Source of the DNA: Vicinamibacteria bacterium
Lineage (GTDB): Bacteria; Acidobacteriota; Vicinamibacteria; Vicinamibacterales; JAENWD01
Reading direction: 5' to 3'
Assembly: GCA_963743245.1 (NCBI GenBank)
Contig: CAVUPP010000002.1
Location: forward strand, 32,513 to 96,512
Length of the DNA stretch: 64,000 nt
Made by a program: the position numbers and the translations under genes. The notes under the pieces are model-generated. The model made no database searches and had not been told where the DNA came from. It saw only the letters and a program-made list of their open reading frames with translations. Shown here one piece after another: positions 54,091-62,878 of this stretch. Numbering within the stretch: the first letter of the stretch is position 1; the number at the start of each line of letters is the position of its first letter.

Positions 54091-55821
54091 ATGATTCACC
54101 GCCGACGGGCCCTCGCGAATGCTGTCGCCGCGCTGCTCGGAGTTGCACTCGCCTGTCGCGCCACGCCCGCGAACCCCGCTGCAGGCGTCACCATCGACGG
54201 TGACTTGCTGGACGTCACGGTGCCGGCGCTCCATCGCCTATACGAGGCGAAGACGTACACCGTCACGCAGGTCGTGCAATGGCATCTCGCTCGCATCGAT
54301 CGGTACAACGGTGTGTACGGGGCAATCGAGACGGTGCTTCGGAGCGTGGCGCTCGCCGATGCCGCGCGCCTCGACGCGGACGCCGCACAAGGGCGCGGCA
54401 CTCACGGGCCACTCTGGGGCGTGCCCATCGTCATCAAGGCGAATACCAGCGTCAAGGGCCAGGTCACAACCGCTGGCTGGGAGGGCTTCCGGCGCCCCGG
54501 CCACGAGCTGATTGCACCGCGTGACGCCACCATCGTCTCGAAGTTCAAAGCGGCCGGCGCCATCATCGTCGGGCTCGCCAACATGCCAGACCTGGCCAAC
54601 AGCGATACGAACCGGAGCAGCTCGTTCGGACGGACCGGCAACGCGTACGACGTGCGCTTTTCGCCCGGGGGCTCATCGGGCGGCGTCGTCACGGCGGTAG
54701 CCGCGAACATGGCCGTGTTGGGCAACGGCACCGACACCGGCAACTCGATACGGATGCCCGCTGCGACGAGCGCACTCGTCGGCGTGTTTCCGACGCGCGG
54801 CCTTGTCAGCATCGCCGGCATCGCGCCCCTGGACTGGCTGCTCGACAACACGGGACCGATCGCGCGCACGGCCGGCGACGCCGCAATCGCGCTCGGCGTG
54901 ATGGCTGGCGAGGATTCACTCGATGCGCGCACGATGGGCACAGCCGCCACCGCACAGCGCGCGCCCTACGAGTCCTATCTGAAGGCTGACGCTCTCAAGG
55001 GCAGGCGGTTCGGCGTGCCGGCGTTCGTCCTCGCCGGCGATGGCGTGCCGTTCCACGGCATCCCGGCTGATGTGCCCGAGGCAGCCGCCCGGAAGCTGCG
55101 CTCAGCCGCGAACATTCCGCTGCAGCCCGAAACGCGAGCGATATTCATGACGGCAGTCGACGCGCTCCGATCTGCAGGCGCCGAGGTCGTCTTTGACGAG
55201 AGCATCCTGCCAGCGGGCTTCGCGAAGACAGCGAGCCGCGTGGCCACGTACGCGTACATGCGTGACGGCACGAACCGGTTTCTCGCGGCCTTCGGCCCGG
55301 CGGAGTACCACTCGGCCGCGGACTATCTCAAGAGTGTAGGCGCCCCGCTCTTTCCTTCATCAATTGGTGCGGAAGACGGATTTCGAAAGTTCGGCACGGT
55401 CCAGATCGCTCAGCGATTGCTCGAGGGCGATCCGGAAGCCGAACGCGTGTATCACGCGCCGCGGCGTGCGACGTTGAGCGCCTATCTCGAAACACTCGAT
55501 CGGCTGAAGCTCGACGGCTACGTGTATCCGGCGATTCAAATGCCACCGCCGGACGAGACGATGCCGCAGGATGGGCGTGTGAGCGAGGGGCCGCATTCGG
55601 CTACGAGCTGGGTCAACATGATCGGCGTGCCCGCGGTCGTCGTCCCTGCCGGCTTCTACGCGAACGGTCTGCCGTTCGGTCTGGAGTTTTCGGGACGTCC
55701 GTGGACGGACGGCGATCTGCTGGCGGTCGCGTACGCCTGGGAACAGGGGACGCACATGCGGAAGCCGCCGACGCTCGTCGAGCACGGGCTCCTCGCCGTT
55801 ACGGCAGCGCGCGAGCGTTGA
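54091..55821 (+). CDS. Amidase-signature (AS) family amidase, secreted
   Basis: Signal peptide MIHRRRALANAVAALLGVALA. AS sequence with conserved Lys (VPIVIKAN) and the GGSSGG nucleophile region (PGGSSGGVVTAVAA). Confidence 0.88.
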   Translation: MIHRRRALANAVAALLGVALACRATPANPAAGVTIDGDLLDVTVPALHRLYEAKTYTVTQVVQWHLARIDRYNGVYGAIETVLRSVALADAARLDADAAQGRGTHGPLWGVPIVIKANTSVKGQVTTAGWEGFRRPGHELIAPRDATIVSKFKAAGAIIVGLANMPDLANSDTNRSSSFGRTGNAYDVRFSPGGSSGGVVTAVAANMAVLGNGTDTGNSIRMPAATSALVGVFPTRGLVSIAGIAPLDWLLDNTGPIARTAGDAAIALGVMAGEDSLDARTMGTAATAQRAPYESYLKADALKGRRFGVPAFVLAGDGVPFHGIPADVPEAAARKLRSAANIPLQPETRAIFMTAVDALRSAGAEVVFDESILPAGFAKTASRVATYAYMRDGTNRFLAAFGPAEYHSAADYLKSVGAPLFPSSIGAEDGFRKFGTVQIAQRLLEGDPEAERVYHAPRRATLSAYLETLDRLKLDGYVYPAIQMPPPDETMPQDGRVSEGPHSATSWVNMIGVPAVVVPAGFYANGLPFGLEFSGRPWTDGDLLAVAYAWEQGTHMRKPPTLVEHGLLAVTAARER

Positions 55822-55850
55822 AGGACCGTCAATTTCGACGGTTCTCTGTT

Positions 55851-56615
55851 TCAGTACAACCAGACCCGCCCGCCGGATCGGAGCGTGACGCCCGACTGCG
55901 GCGTCCGTTGCTCGACCCCGAGTACCCAGCGGCGTTCGGGACGCAGCCGGTACAAGCTCAGGCTTTCCGCCGCGGAGCCGCGCGCGCGACCCACTTCAGT
56001 CCGGGCGCCGAGAATCTGCTGCCAGGCTGGACGCCACAGCGCCGGGCGCACGTGAATGGGATCGAATCCGTACCACGCCGGTTCAAGTTGAACGAACCTG
56101 GCACCGTGGATCTGGGCCAGGCCGGCGAGGCCCGCGTTCACCCGCTCTGCCGTATCTACGACCTGGGCCAGCGAAAGGCGGCACGACGGCATGAGGACAG
56201 AGCGGAACATCAGGAACTTGACGTTCGACAGGCGGCGGATGCTGGCAAGAGGCAGATCCGTCAGGACGATGTCCGGTGTGCTCTGTGTCAGACGGCGGAG
56301 CACCTGCTCGATCCAGTCGAGGGTCTGCTCGGTGGAATAACCATACAGGATGTCGTTGCCGACATCGGTCACGAGGGCACGCGTCGGCACAGGCCGAGCG
56401 CACTCCAGCTGCGACCACAGGCCCGATTCGAGAATGCCTGGCAGCGTGCGCACGAGTAGCGTGCTGCGGGCGCCATACGAGCGCCCGTGGCCGAGCGCGG
56501 CCAGGACTTCGACATCGGGCCCCCACGCCGATCGAGCCGTCGACACGACCGTCTGAAAGCCGCGCGTGAGATTGCTGGCGCCGAGGGCTACGACACGAGC
56601 GATCTCCTCAGCCAT
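55851..56615 (-). CDS. SGNH/GDSL-like hydrolase family protein
   Basis: Start MAEEIARVVALGASNLTRG (block I with Ser). Also VTDVGNDILYG (block III) and GFDPIHV (block V Asp/His). Overlaps the upstream GNAT gene by 8 nt. Confidence 0.6.
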   Translation of the reverse strand: MAEEIARVVALGASNLTRGFQTVVSTARSAWGPDVEVLAALGHGRSYGARSTLLVRTLPGILESGLWSQLECARPVPTRALVTDVGNDILYGYSTEQTLDWIEQVLRRLTQSTPDIVLTDLPLASIRRLSNVKFLMFRSVLMPSCRLSLAQVVDTAERVNAGLAGLAQIHGARFVQLEPAWYGFDPIHVRPALWRPAWQQILGARTEVGRARGSAAESLSLYRLRPERRWVLGVEQRTPQSGVTLRSGGRVWLY

Positions 56616-57120
56616 GCTCGAGCGGGAGTAAGCCGACGGGATACTCCATGACGAGCTCGATTCGGCCATCGCGCTCCCGAACTGCACGGCGTCCCGTCGC
56701 GCGGAACCCAAGCCTCTCGTAGAAGCGCCGCGCGCGATCGTTGGTTTCAATGACGGCCAGGCGCACGGTGCTCGCCCCTTCTGACTGGGCCCAGGCAATG
56801 ACGGCCGACACAAGAGCGTCCGCAGCTCCCGATCCGCGCAATGCGGGATGGACCCACATGGCCATCAGGTGGACCACACCGGGATCGGTCGCGTCGCCTA
56901 CACCGGCAACCATGCCGTTGGCGCCCTCGGTGTGGTCCAGGATGAACGTGACCGCAGGTGACATCCACCGCTGCCAGTCGCCTTCCGTGCGGGCCGCCTC
57001 ACGTTCGTAGGTGGACCCGAAGGCTTCGGGGGCGTCCGACAATGCCTGCAGTCGCACGGCGCGCAGAAGCAGTTCGTCGCCAAGGACGGCGCGTCGCAAG
57101 CCGAATCGGTCGGGGCACAT
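56608..57120 (-). CDS. GNAT-family N-acetyltransferase
   Basis: 170 aa with the acetyl-CoA binding motif VHPALRGSGAADALVSAVIAWA and RRFYERLGF. Confidence 0.85.
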   Translation of the reverse strand: MCPDRFGLRRAVLGDELLLRAVRLQALSDAPEAFGSTYEREAARTEGDWQRWMSPAVTFILDHTEGANGMVAGVGDATDPGVVHLMAMWVHPALRGSGAADALVSAVIAWAQSEGASTVRLAVIETNDRARRFYERLGFRATGRRAVRERDGRIELVMEYPVGLLPLEHG

Positions 57121-57136
57121 GCACTGGCGGGCGCGT

Positions 57137-59062
57137 CTACTTCACATCCGCCCGCTGATGGGTCAGGAACCAGTCGTAGAGATCCTGCCCCGCGTAGACG
57201 CGGTTCCAGGAGTTGTGGCCCATGTCGGCTTCGATCGTGAAGCGTACTTCGGGGTGCCCGAGCGCCTCCAGCTTGTTGAGCGTCGAATAGAAATACTGCT
57301 GCTTGAAATACGGATCCCGCCCGCCCGTGAAGACCCACAGCGGGAGCTTCGCCTTCGCGATCGGATCGGCGAGGTCGGGATGGCAGAACGCGGCGACAGG
57401 GGCGACGGCAGCGAACCGATCCGGGTGCTTGCCGGCCATGTACCACGTGCCGAACCCGCCGGTACTGAGACCGGTCAGATACACGCGGGTCCGGTCGCCT
57501 TTGAACTCCGCGAGCACGTGGTCGATCATCGCGAGGAGCTCGTTTTCGATCAGGCTCCAGCCCTCTGGCGTACCGTCGAGACCGTACGGCATGTGCGGAT
57601 CGGCCGGCACTCCATCCATCTGATCCTTCCCGGTGTAGTTGGGACCGGGTGGATACGGGCCCTCGGCCCGCGGATAGCGGATTTTCGCGCGCGTGCGGCT
57701 CGTGATGAAACCCTCCCCCGCCTGATGGAACATCGGCAACTGCGGCGCGACGATCACAAATGGCAATCGCCGCCGCTGGGACCACGCCTCGAAGAGCGGA
57801 CCGTTCGCGAGCACGTAGTCCAGATCGCCCTTCGCGTCACCCCGCTCGCCGTTCCCGCTCAGCGTCATCAGGACAGGCCACCGATCCTTCTCGGCGAATC
57901 CTTCCGGCAGATACACGTAGTAGTCTCGCTCCTCGCCGGTGGCAGCGCTGTGATACGACACGCGCTTCAACTGGGCCGCGGACCATTCACGCGCGGGCGC
58001 CGGTGGGCCGACGGCAGGCTGGGCGGCGGGCGCAAAGCCGGGGGGAACAAGCGTCATGCGGTTGGCCGGATCGTGAGGGTCGTCGGGGGGCCGCACGTAA
58101 TCACGCCACAGCCAGCGGAGCATGTCCGGCAGGATCGCGCCCCCCTGCTTGTTGGAGTGCGTCCCGATCCCCCAGGTGTAGTTCAGGTCGTACCCCTTCT
58201 CGGTGAGCGCGGCAACCATCTTGATGTTCTGCGCGTGCCAGTCCCAATCCGGCGCATACACGGCGCTGGCGCCTTCGCCGCGCATGCCCCGGTTGTCGTT
58301 CAGGCCGTCCTGCAGATAGATCCTGAGCGGCTTACGCTCGTTGCTGCGTATCAGATCCGGATACACATGCCCGCCCCGGATGTTCGTGAAGCTGCCAATC
58401 GTGCTCAGCACCTTCCGAAACTGGTCGGGCCGATGCCAGGCGACCGTGAACGCCGCGATTGCGCCGGAGCTGGCGCCGGCGATTGCGTGGTCGTCGGCAC
58501 TTGGTGACAGGTTGTAGCGCTTGTTCAACACCGGCATCAGCTCGTTGACGATGACGGTGGCGTATTTGTCGTCGAGCGCGTTGTACTCCTGTGGACGATT
58601 GGTGGACCGATCGCCCCAATCCGACGCACTCGCCTCGGGTTGCTCCGGAGTGCGGCCGGGATTGACGAAGACCGCAATCGTGACCGGAATCTCGCGACGG
58701 TAGATCAAGTTGTCGAACACGTACGGCACACGGTAGTCGCCGGTCAGTCGTAGCCACGCCTGACCATCCTGAAAGATCATCACCGCGGCCGGCGTCGCTG
58801 GGTCGTACTGAGCCGGGACGTAGGCGCAGAAGTCGTGCAGGGTGCCGGGATAGGCCTGGCTGGGTAGCTTCTCCCAGGCCGTGACAGTGCCCTGGGGCAC
58901 ACCGGCCTGGGGCTCCGAATCTGGTCCCAGGTGGTAGAGCGCATCGGTCTGTGCGGACGCGGGACGTCCGGGCGCAAGGGCGCACAGCAGAAGGGCGCTC
59001 ACAATCCACATCGACGCCGGCGGCCGGCCGTGGAAACGTGCTCGTGACGATCGAAGACGCAT
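57137..59062 (-). CDS. Secreted protein with two tandem alpha/beta-hydrolase (esterase) domains
   Basis: Signal peptide ([21 protein letters not shown]). The first domain resembles putative esterase/enterochelin-esterase-like proteins, with nucleophile elbow AGASSGA. The second domain has elbow GLSTGGFG and [13 protein letters not shown]. The start may be ATG 59011. Confidence 0.7.
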   Translation of the reverse strand: MRLRSSRARFHGRPPASMWIVSALLLCALAPGRPASAQTDALYHLGPDSEPQAGVPQGTVTAWEKLPSQAYPGTLHDFCAYVPAQYDPATPAAVMIFQDGQAWLRLTGDYRVPYVFDNLIYRREIPVTIAVFVNPGRTPEQPEASASDWGDRSTNRPQEYNALDDKYATVIVNELMPVLNKRYNLSPSADDHAIAGASSGAIAAFTVAWHRPDQFRKVLSTIGSFTNIRGGHVYPDLIRSNERKPLRIYLQDGLNDNRGMRGEGASAVYAPDWDWHAQNIKMVAALTEKGYDLNYTWGIGTHSNKQGGAILPDMLRWLWRDYVRPPDDPHDPANRMTLVPPGFAPAAQPAVGPPAPAREWSAAQLKRVSYHSAATGEERDYYVYLPEGFAEKDRWPVLMTLSGNGERGDAKGDLDYVLANGPLFEAWSQRRRLPFVIVAPQLPMFHQAGEGFITSRTRAKIRYPRAEGPYPPGPNYTGKDQMDGVPADPHMPYGLDGTPEGWSLIENELLAMIDHVLAEFKGDRTRVYLTGLSTGGFGTWYMAGKHPDRFAAVAPVAAFCHPDLADPIAKAKLPLWVFTGGRDPYFKQQYFYSTLNKLEALGHPEVRFTIEADMGHNSWNRVYAGQDLYDWFLTHQRADVK

Positions 59063-59215
59063 GAGCGTCAGTCTAGCAGCCGGAGTGTGCGGCAGGACGT
59101 GTGGCGGTCTCGGTGTTCGTCGGACGGGCTACGCTGGCGGGTCAAACATCGCGAGGCGCGGCAGCGATCGCTCCGTTCGGTCAACGGATCGCGCGCGTAC
59201 CGCGCCCTGGGGCCC

Positions 59216-59776
59216 CTACTTCGGTGTGATCTTCGAGATCTTGTTGCCCTGGATGCCAAGGCCCGCCATCAGCCCCTTCTGGCCAAAGACGAACGCGTAG
59301 ATGTCGTCCTTGAGCGTGTTGGTCGTGGTGGTCTTCGCCATCCCCTCGTCAACGACCACGATGCTCGGTCCGACACCGACCTCGAAACCGTTCTTGTTGT
59401 CGAGCTGCTCCAGCGCCTTGTCGTTCATGAAGAACATGGCGTAACCATACTGCTGCCCCCCGGCCTGGAGCCCCATCGAAGCGCCCGTCGTCTTGTAGTA
59501 GGCCACGGCAGTCCCGTTCTTCAGCAGCGCGCCCTCGCCGTATTGACCGCCGATCCCGAGGCCGGCCTTCGTCACTTTTGGGAAGACGAGGATCGCGTGC
59601 GCTGTCGGCCCGATGCCCTTTGCGAGCGGCGCGGTCGCATACAGTTTCTGCAGGGAGGCCTTCGCGGCTGCTTCGAGCTCGGCGGCCGCGGTCTTTCCTT
59701 CGTCTTGTGCCAGCAACGGATGGGCCGCCAGGGTCAACGTGGCGGCCGCGAGAATACCTAGCCATGCGGCTCTCAT
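59216..59776 (-). CDS. SYLF (YSC84/DUF500) lipid-binding domain protein, secreted
   Basis: Start MRAAWLGILAAATLTLAAHPLLAQ (signal). Gly-rich SYLF pattern KAGLGIGGQYGEGALL...GLQAGGQQYGYAMFF...GLMAGLGIQG. Confidence 0.7.
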   Translation of the reverse strand: MRAAWLGILAAATLTLAAHPLLAQDEGKTAAAELEAAAKASLQKLYATAPLAKGIGPTAHAILVFPKVTKAGLGIGGQYGEGALLKNGTAVAYYKTTGASMGLQAGGQQYGYAMFFMNDKALEQLDNKNGFEVGVGPSIVVVDEGMAKTTTTNTLKDDIYAFVFGQKGLMAGLGIQGNKISKITPK

Positions 59777-59950
59777 ACTCGTCCTCCTCGCTGCCCGGCG
59801 ATTGCGAGCGCGTGGTGATACCAAGGTCAGGGCCCGGAAATTGGAGGCCTCATTCAAACGGATGGTCCGCACGAGTCCGACCAACCGAGTCGAATCGGGC
59901 CGCGGTCACGGTTGACCGCGAGCGCGGCCCGGTGTTCACGAGATCGATCG

Positions 59951-60707
59951 CTACCGCGCCATGCGGCGGCGGGCAGTGAGCCCCGCGCCGACCAGAAACG
60001 AGACCGCCCCGATCAGACCAACGAGAGGAAGCGGGCTCGCCGTCTTCGGCAGCGACCGGCCCGCCGCCGACGGCGCGCCAGCGGCCCCCGAGGCCGACGA
60101 GGACGACGGCACCGCTGACGCGGATGAACCGCCGGTCGCTTTGGTAGAGCCGCCGGCCGCGCCGCCCGCGGCGGCACGCGCCAACGAGGCGTTGACCTGC
60201 TTCTCGGTAATCACTTTCGGCGGCATGCTGGTGACGATGGTCGCCGACAGCGTGTCACCGGCTCTGAACTCAGAGATCTCCGCCGGCTTGCCATCGCGGA
60301 TGATTCTTGACGCCCCGCTTGTTCACGTCGCTCTGCGTGAACATCTTGAACCCTTCCGGAGTCTGCACGATGATGGTCGGCCCGTTCACCTGTCTGACGG
60401 TCCCGTTCTTCACCTCGGTGACCGTTACGGGCACCAACGTGGTCTTGGTCGTGACGACCGCCGTGCCTTTCATCCCCGGCTTCAGGTCGTGGACGGAAAG
60501 CTGCTGTCCGTCAACGGTGAATCTGAAATCCTCGGGCACGGTCAGTTCTTTAGTGCCTTCCGGCAGCTTCACGACCAGGTCGTTCCCGACGACAGAAATC
60601 ACCTCGAAACTCTTCGTCTGCGACGTCGTCTGGGCGGACGCGAGGGCAGCGGTCACACATGTGAGAGTGACCACTGCCAGCACGCACCGCAATGCTGTAC
60701 GCGACAT
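59951..60707 (-). pseudogene. Secreted beta-rich protein with low-complexity A/G/S linker and C-terminal LPKTAS-TM-RRR sorting signal; one +1 frame change
   Basis: Start MSRTALRCVLAVVTLTCVTAALASAQ. The frame of ORF 60270..60770 runs to ...SDVNKRGVK, then IIRDGKPAEISEFRAGDTLSATIVTSMPPKV... follows in the frame of ORF 59951..60226. Deleting one t of tt at 60304/60305 joins them. The C-terminus is GRSLPKTASPLPLVGLIGAVSFLVGAGLTARRRMAR. Confidence 0.65.
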
Positions 60708-61110
60708 ACATTCCTCCTCTGTTCCGAGCTCCGCGTCCGCACGTCGAACGGCCGCCGTGAGCCGGAGCACCCCTCAGGCCTATGGCACAGAGGCACATCC
60801 CGTGCCCCGGAGGATTCGAGCCCAGGGTCCGAAAAGGCCCAGGAACGAGCTGAGTTCCGGCATCGGAACCGCCAACCCAGGGCGTGACGTCCGAAATCTT
60901 GGGTTCGCCTCCACTATGCAGTGGGGCTTGGCACGCGCCGTGGCAGCTGCGCGCGTCGCGTGCATCGACCATTCGGTGGACGATATCGCTCCGCTCGGTC
61001 CTCACACGCGCGGCACAAACCCTGCTAGGCGAGCCGGGGACGCCAGTTCGGGGCGTCAGGCTCTGCTCGGGCGACGTTTTGCCGTGTGTCCCTGGCCGTG
61101 GAGGGAGTCG

Positions 61111-62196
61111 ATGTCTCGTCTGCGACGTCTGTCTGGTGAGCTCGCCGGCCGACATCAGCCGGCTGCGCAGCCACCGTCCCCTGGCTCGCTGCGCGTGCTC
61201 ACAGGAGCCCTGGTCCTCCTATTCGGCACGGCCGGCGCCTCGTTTGCGGCAAGTGACGTCATCGTCACGACGACAGGCGACCGCCTCGTCGGAGAGATCA
61301 AGAAGGTCGAGAAGGACGTGCTGACGTTCTCGACCGACTACTCGGACTCCGACTTCAAGATCAAATGGGAGAAAGTGGCAACGATCCAGAGCGACCGCCA
61401 GTTCCTCGTGGAGACGTTCAATGGAAAGCGCGTCGCCGGCCCGCTGAAGCCCGATGACGAGAAGAAGGCGGTCGTGCAGGTCGCCACCGTCAGCGTGCCG
61501 CTCCCGGAGGTTGCCGCGGCGCAGCCGTTCGAGCAGTCATTCCTCGCCCGTTTCGACGCAGGTTTCGACCTCGGCTACAGCATGACGCGGGCGAACTCGG
61601 CACGGCAGTTCTCGCTCGGGGGAACCCTCTGGTACCGCGATCAGCACAACGTCGACTCGCTCTTCACGAACGTGTTCCGAAGCTCGCAGGAAAATGCTCC
61701 GGAGACGAACCGTTGGGAGCTGGGGAATGATTTCCGGCGTCTCCTCGGCGAACGCTGGTACGCCAACACGACTCAGGAATTTCTCGGCAGCGACGAACAA
61801 CAGATCAATCTGCGCACGACGATCGGCGGCGGTGGCGGCCGGTACCTGCTGCGCTCGTCTTCGCAGTACCTGGCGCTGGGCGGCGGGCTGGCCTGGACCA
61901 ACGAGCAGTACACCGACGCAGCCATACCGACCAAGGATTCTGCCGAAGCGTACGCCGGCACCGAATTCATGACGGAGCGGCTGAAAGTGGTCGACGTGTT
62001 GACCCGCTTCACCTGGTACCCCAGCCTGACGATCGATGGCCGCTACCGCCTGAACTACAAGCTGAACGTCGACGCCAATCTTCCAGGCGATTGGTACTGG
62101 CGCGTCAGTTTCTTCGACAACTACGACAGCCTGCCGCCGGCGCAGATCTCGAAGAACGACTACGGCTGGTCGAATGCTTTCGGCCTGAAGTTCTGA
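61111..62196 (+). CDS. DUF481-family outer-membrane beta-barrel protein
   Basis: ATG 61111 is preceded by GGAGGGA. It has a signal peptide. The N-terminal region IVTTTGDRLVGEIKKVEKDVLTFSTDYS and the barrel ending ...WSNAFGLKF are typical of DUF481. The upstream 268 aa of the tracked ORF are antisense junk. Confidence 0.7.
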   Translation: MSRLRRLSGELAGRHQPAAQPPSPGSLRVLTGALVLLFGTAGASFAASDVIVTTTGDRLVGEIKKVEKDVLTFSTDYSDSDFKIKWEKVATIQSDRQFLVETFNGKRVAGPLKPDDEKKAVVQVATVSVPLPEVAAAQPFEQSFLARFDAGFDLGYSMTRANSARQFSLGGTLWYRDQHNVDSLFTNVFRSSQENAPETNRWELGNDFRRLLGERWYANTTQEFLGSDEQQINLRTTIGGGGGRYLLRSSSQYLALGGGLAWTNEQYTDAAIPTKDSAEAYAGTEFMTERLKVVDVLTRFTWYPSLTIDGRYRLNYKLNVDANLPGDWYWRVSFFDNYDSLPPAQISKNDYGWSNAFGLKF

Positions 62197-62230
62197 GCGC
62201 GACTCTGTCTACGCAAGAGGAGGTCTGGCC

Positions 62231-62833
62231 ATGAAGTTCGCGCGGGAGTTCGTGATGAGCACGGTCGTGGGCGGCCTCTTCATCGTCGTGCCGGTCTACC
62301 TGGCGATCTTGCTGCTGCTGAAGGGGATGAAATCGGTCGCTGGACTGGTACGCCCTTTCACAATGCTGCTACCGGACTGGGTTCCTGCCGAGAACCTCTG
62401 TGCTCTGCTCGTGGTGCTGATCGGCTGCTTCTTCGTCGGCGTCGCCGTGCGAACGGAGACCGGGCGGGCCGCCCGCGAGGCCATGGAGAGGACGTTCTTC
62501 GAACGCATGCCGGGCTACAGCCTGTTGCGCGGCCTCACGCAGCGCCTGGCAGGCGACAGTCAAGGAACGCCCTGGCAGCCGGCGCTTGTCGAGATCGAGG
62601 AGGCGTTGGTGCCGGGCTTCATCATCGAACAGCTCGCGGATGGCCGTGTCACAGTGTTCGTGCCGTCCATCCCCACACCACTCGCCGGGGCCGTCTACGT
62701 CATTGCGCGTGCCCGAGTGCACGTGGTCGACGTGCCCTTCACCCAGGCCATCCGGTCCATCTCGCGGTGGGGCTCAGGCGCGGGAGAGCTGGTGGCGGCG
62801 ATCCGGCCGGAGAAGGCCACAACGCTCCCCTGA
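62231..62833 (+). CDS. DUF502-family membrane protein
   Basis: 200 aa. Two N-terminal TM helices and a conserved C-terminal region (PALVEIEEALVPGFIIEQLADGRVTVFVPSIPTPLAGAVYVI) matching the DUF502 layout. Confidence 0.65.
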   Translation: MKFAREFVMSTVVGGLFIVVPVYLAILLLLKGMKSVAGLVRPFTMLLPDWVPAENLCALLVVLIGCFFVGVAVRTETGRAAREAMERTFFERMPGYSLLRGLTQRLAGDSQGTPWQPALVEIEEALVPGFIIEQLADGRVTVFVPSIPTPLAGAVYVIARARVHVVDVPFTQAIRSISRWGSGAGELVAAIRPEKATTLP

Positions 62834-62878
62834 CGCGCGACGCCGCTCGTGGCCCTCCCGTTGAGGGCGACAACGGCG

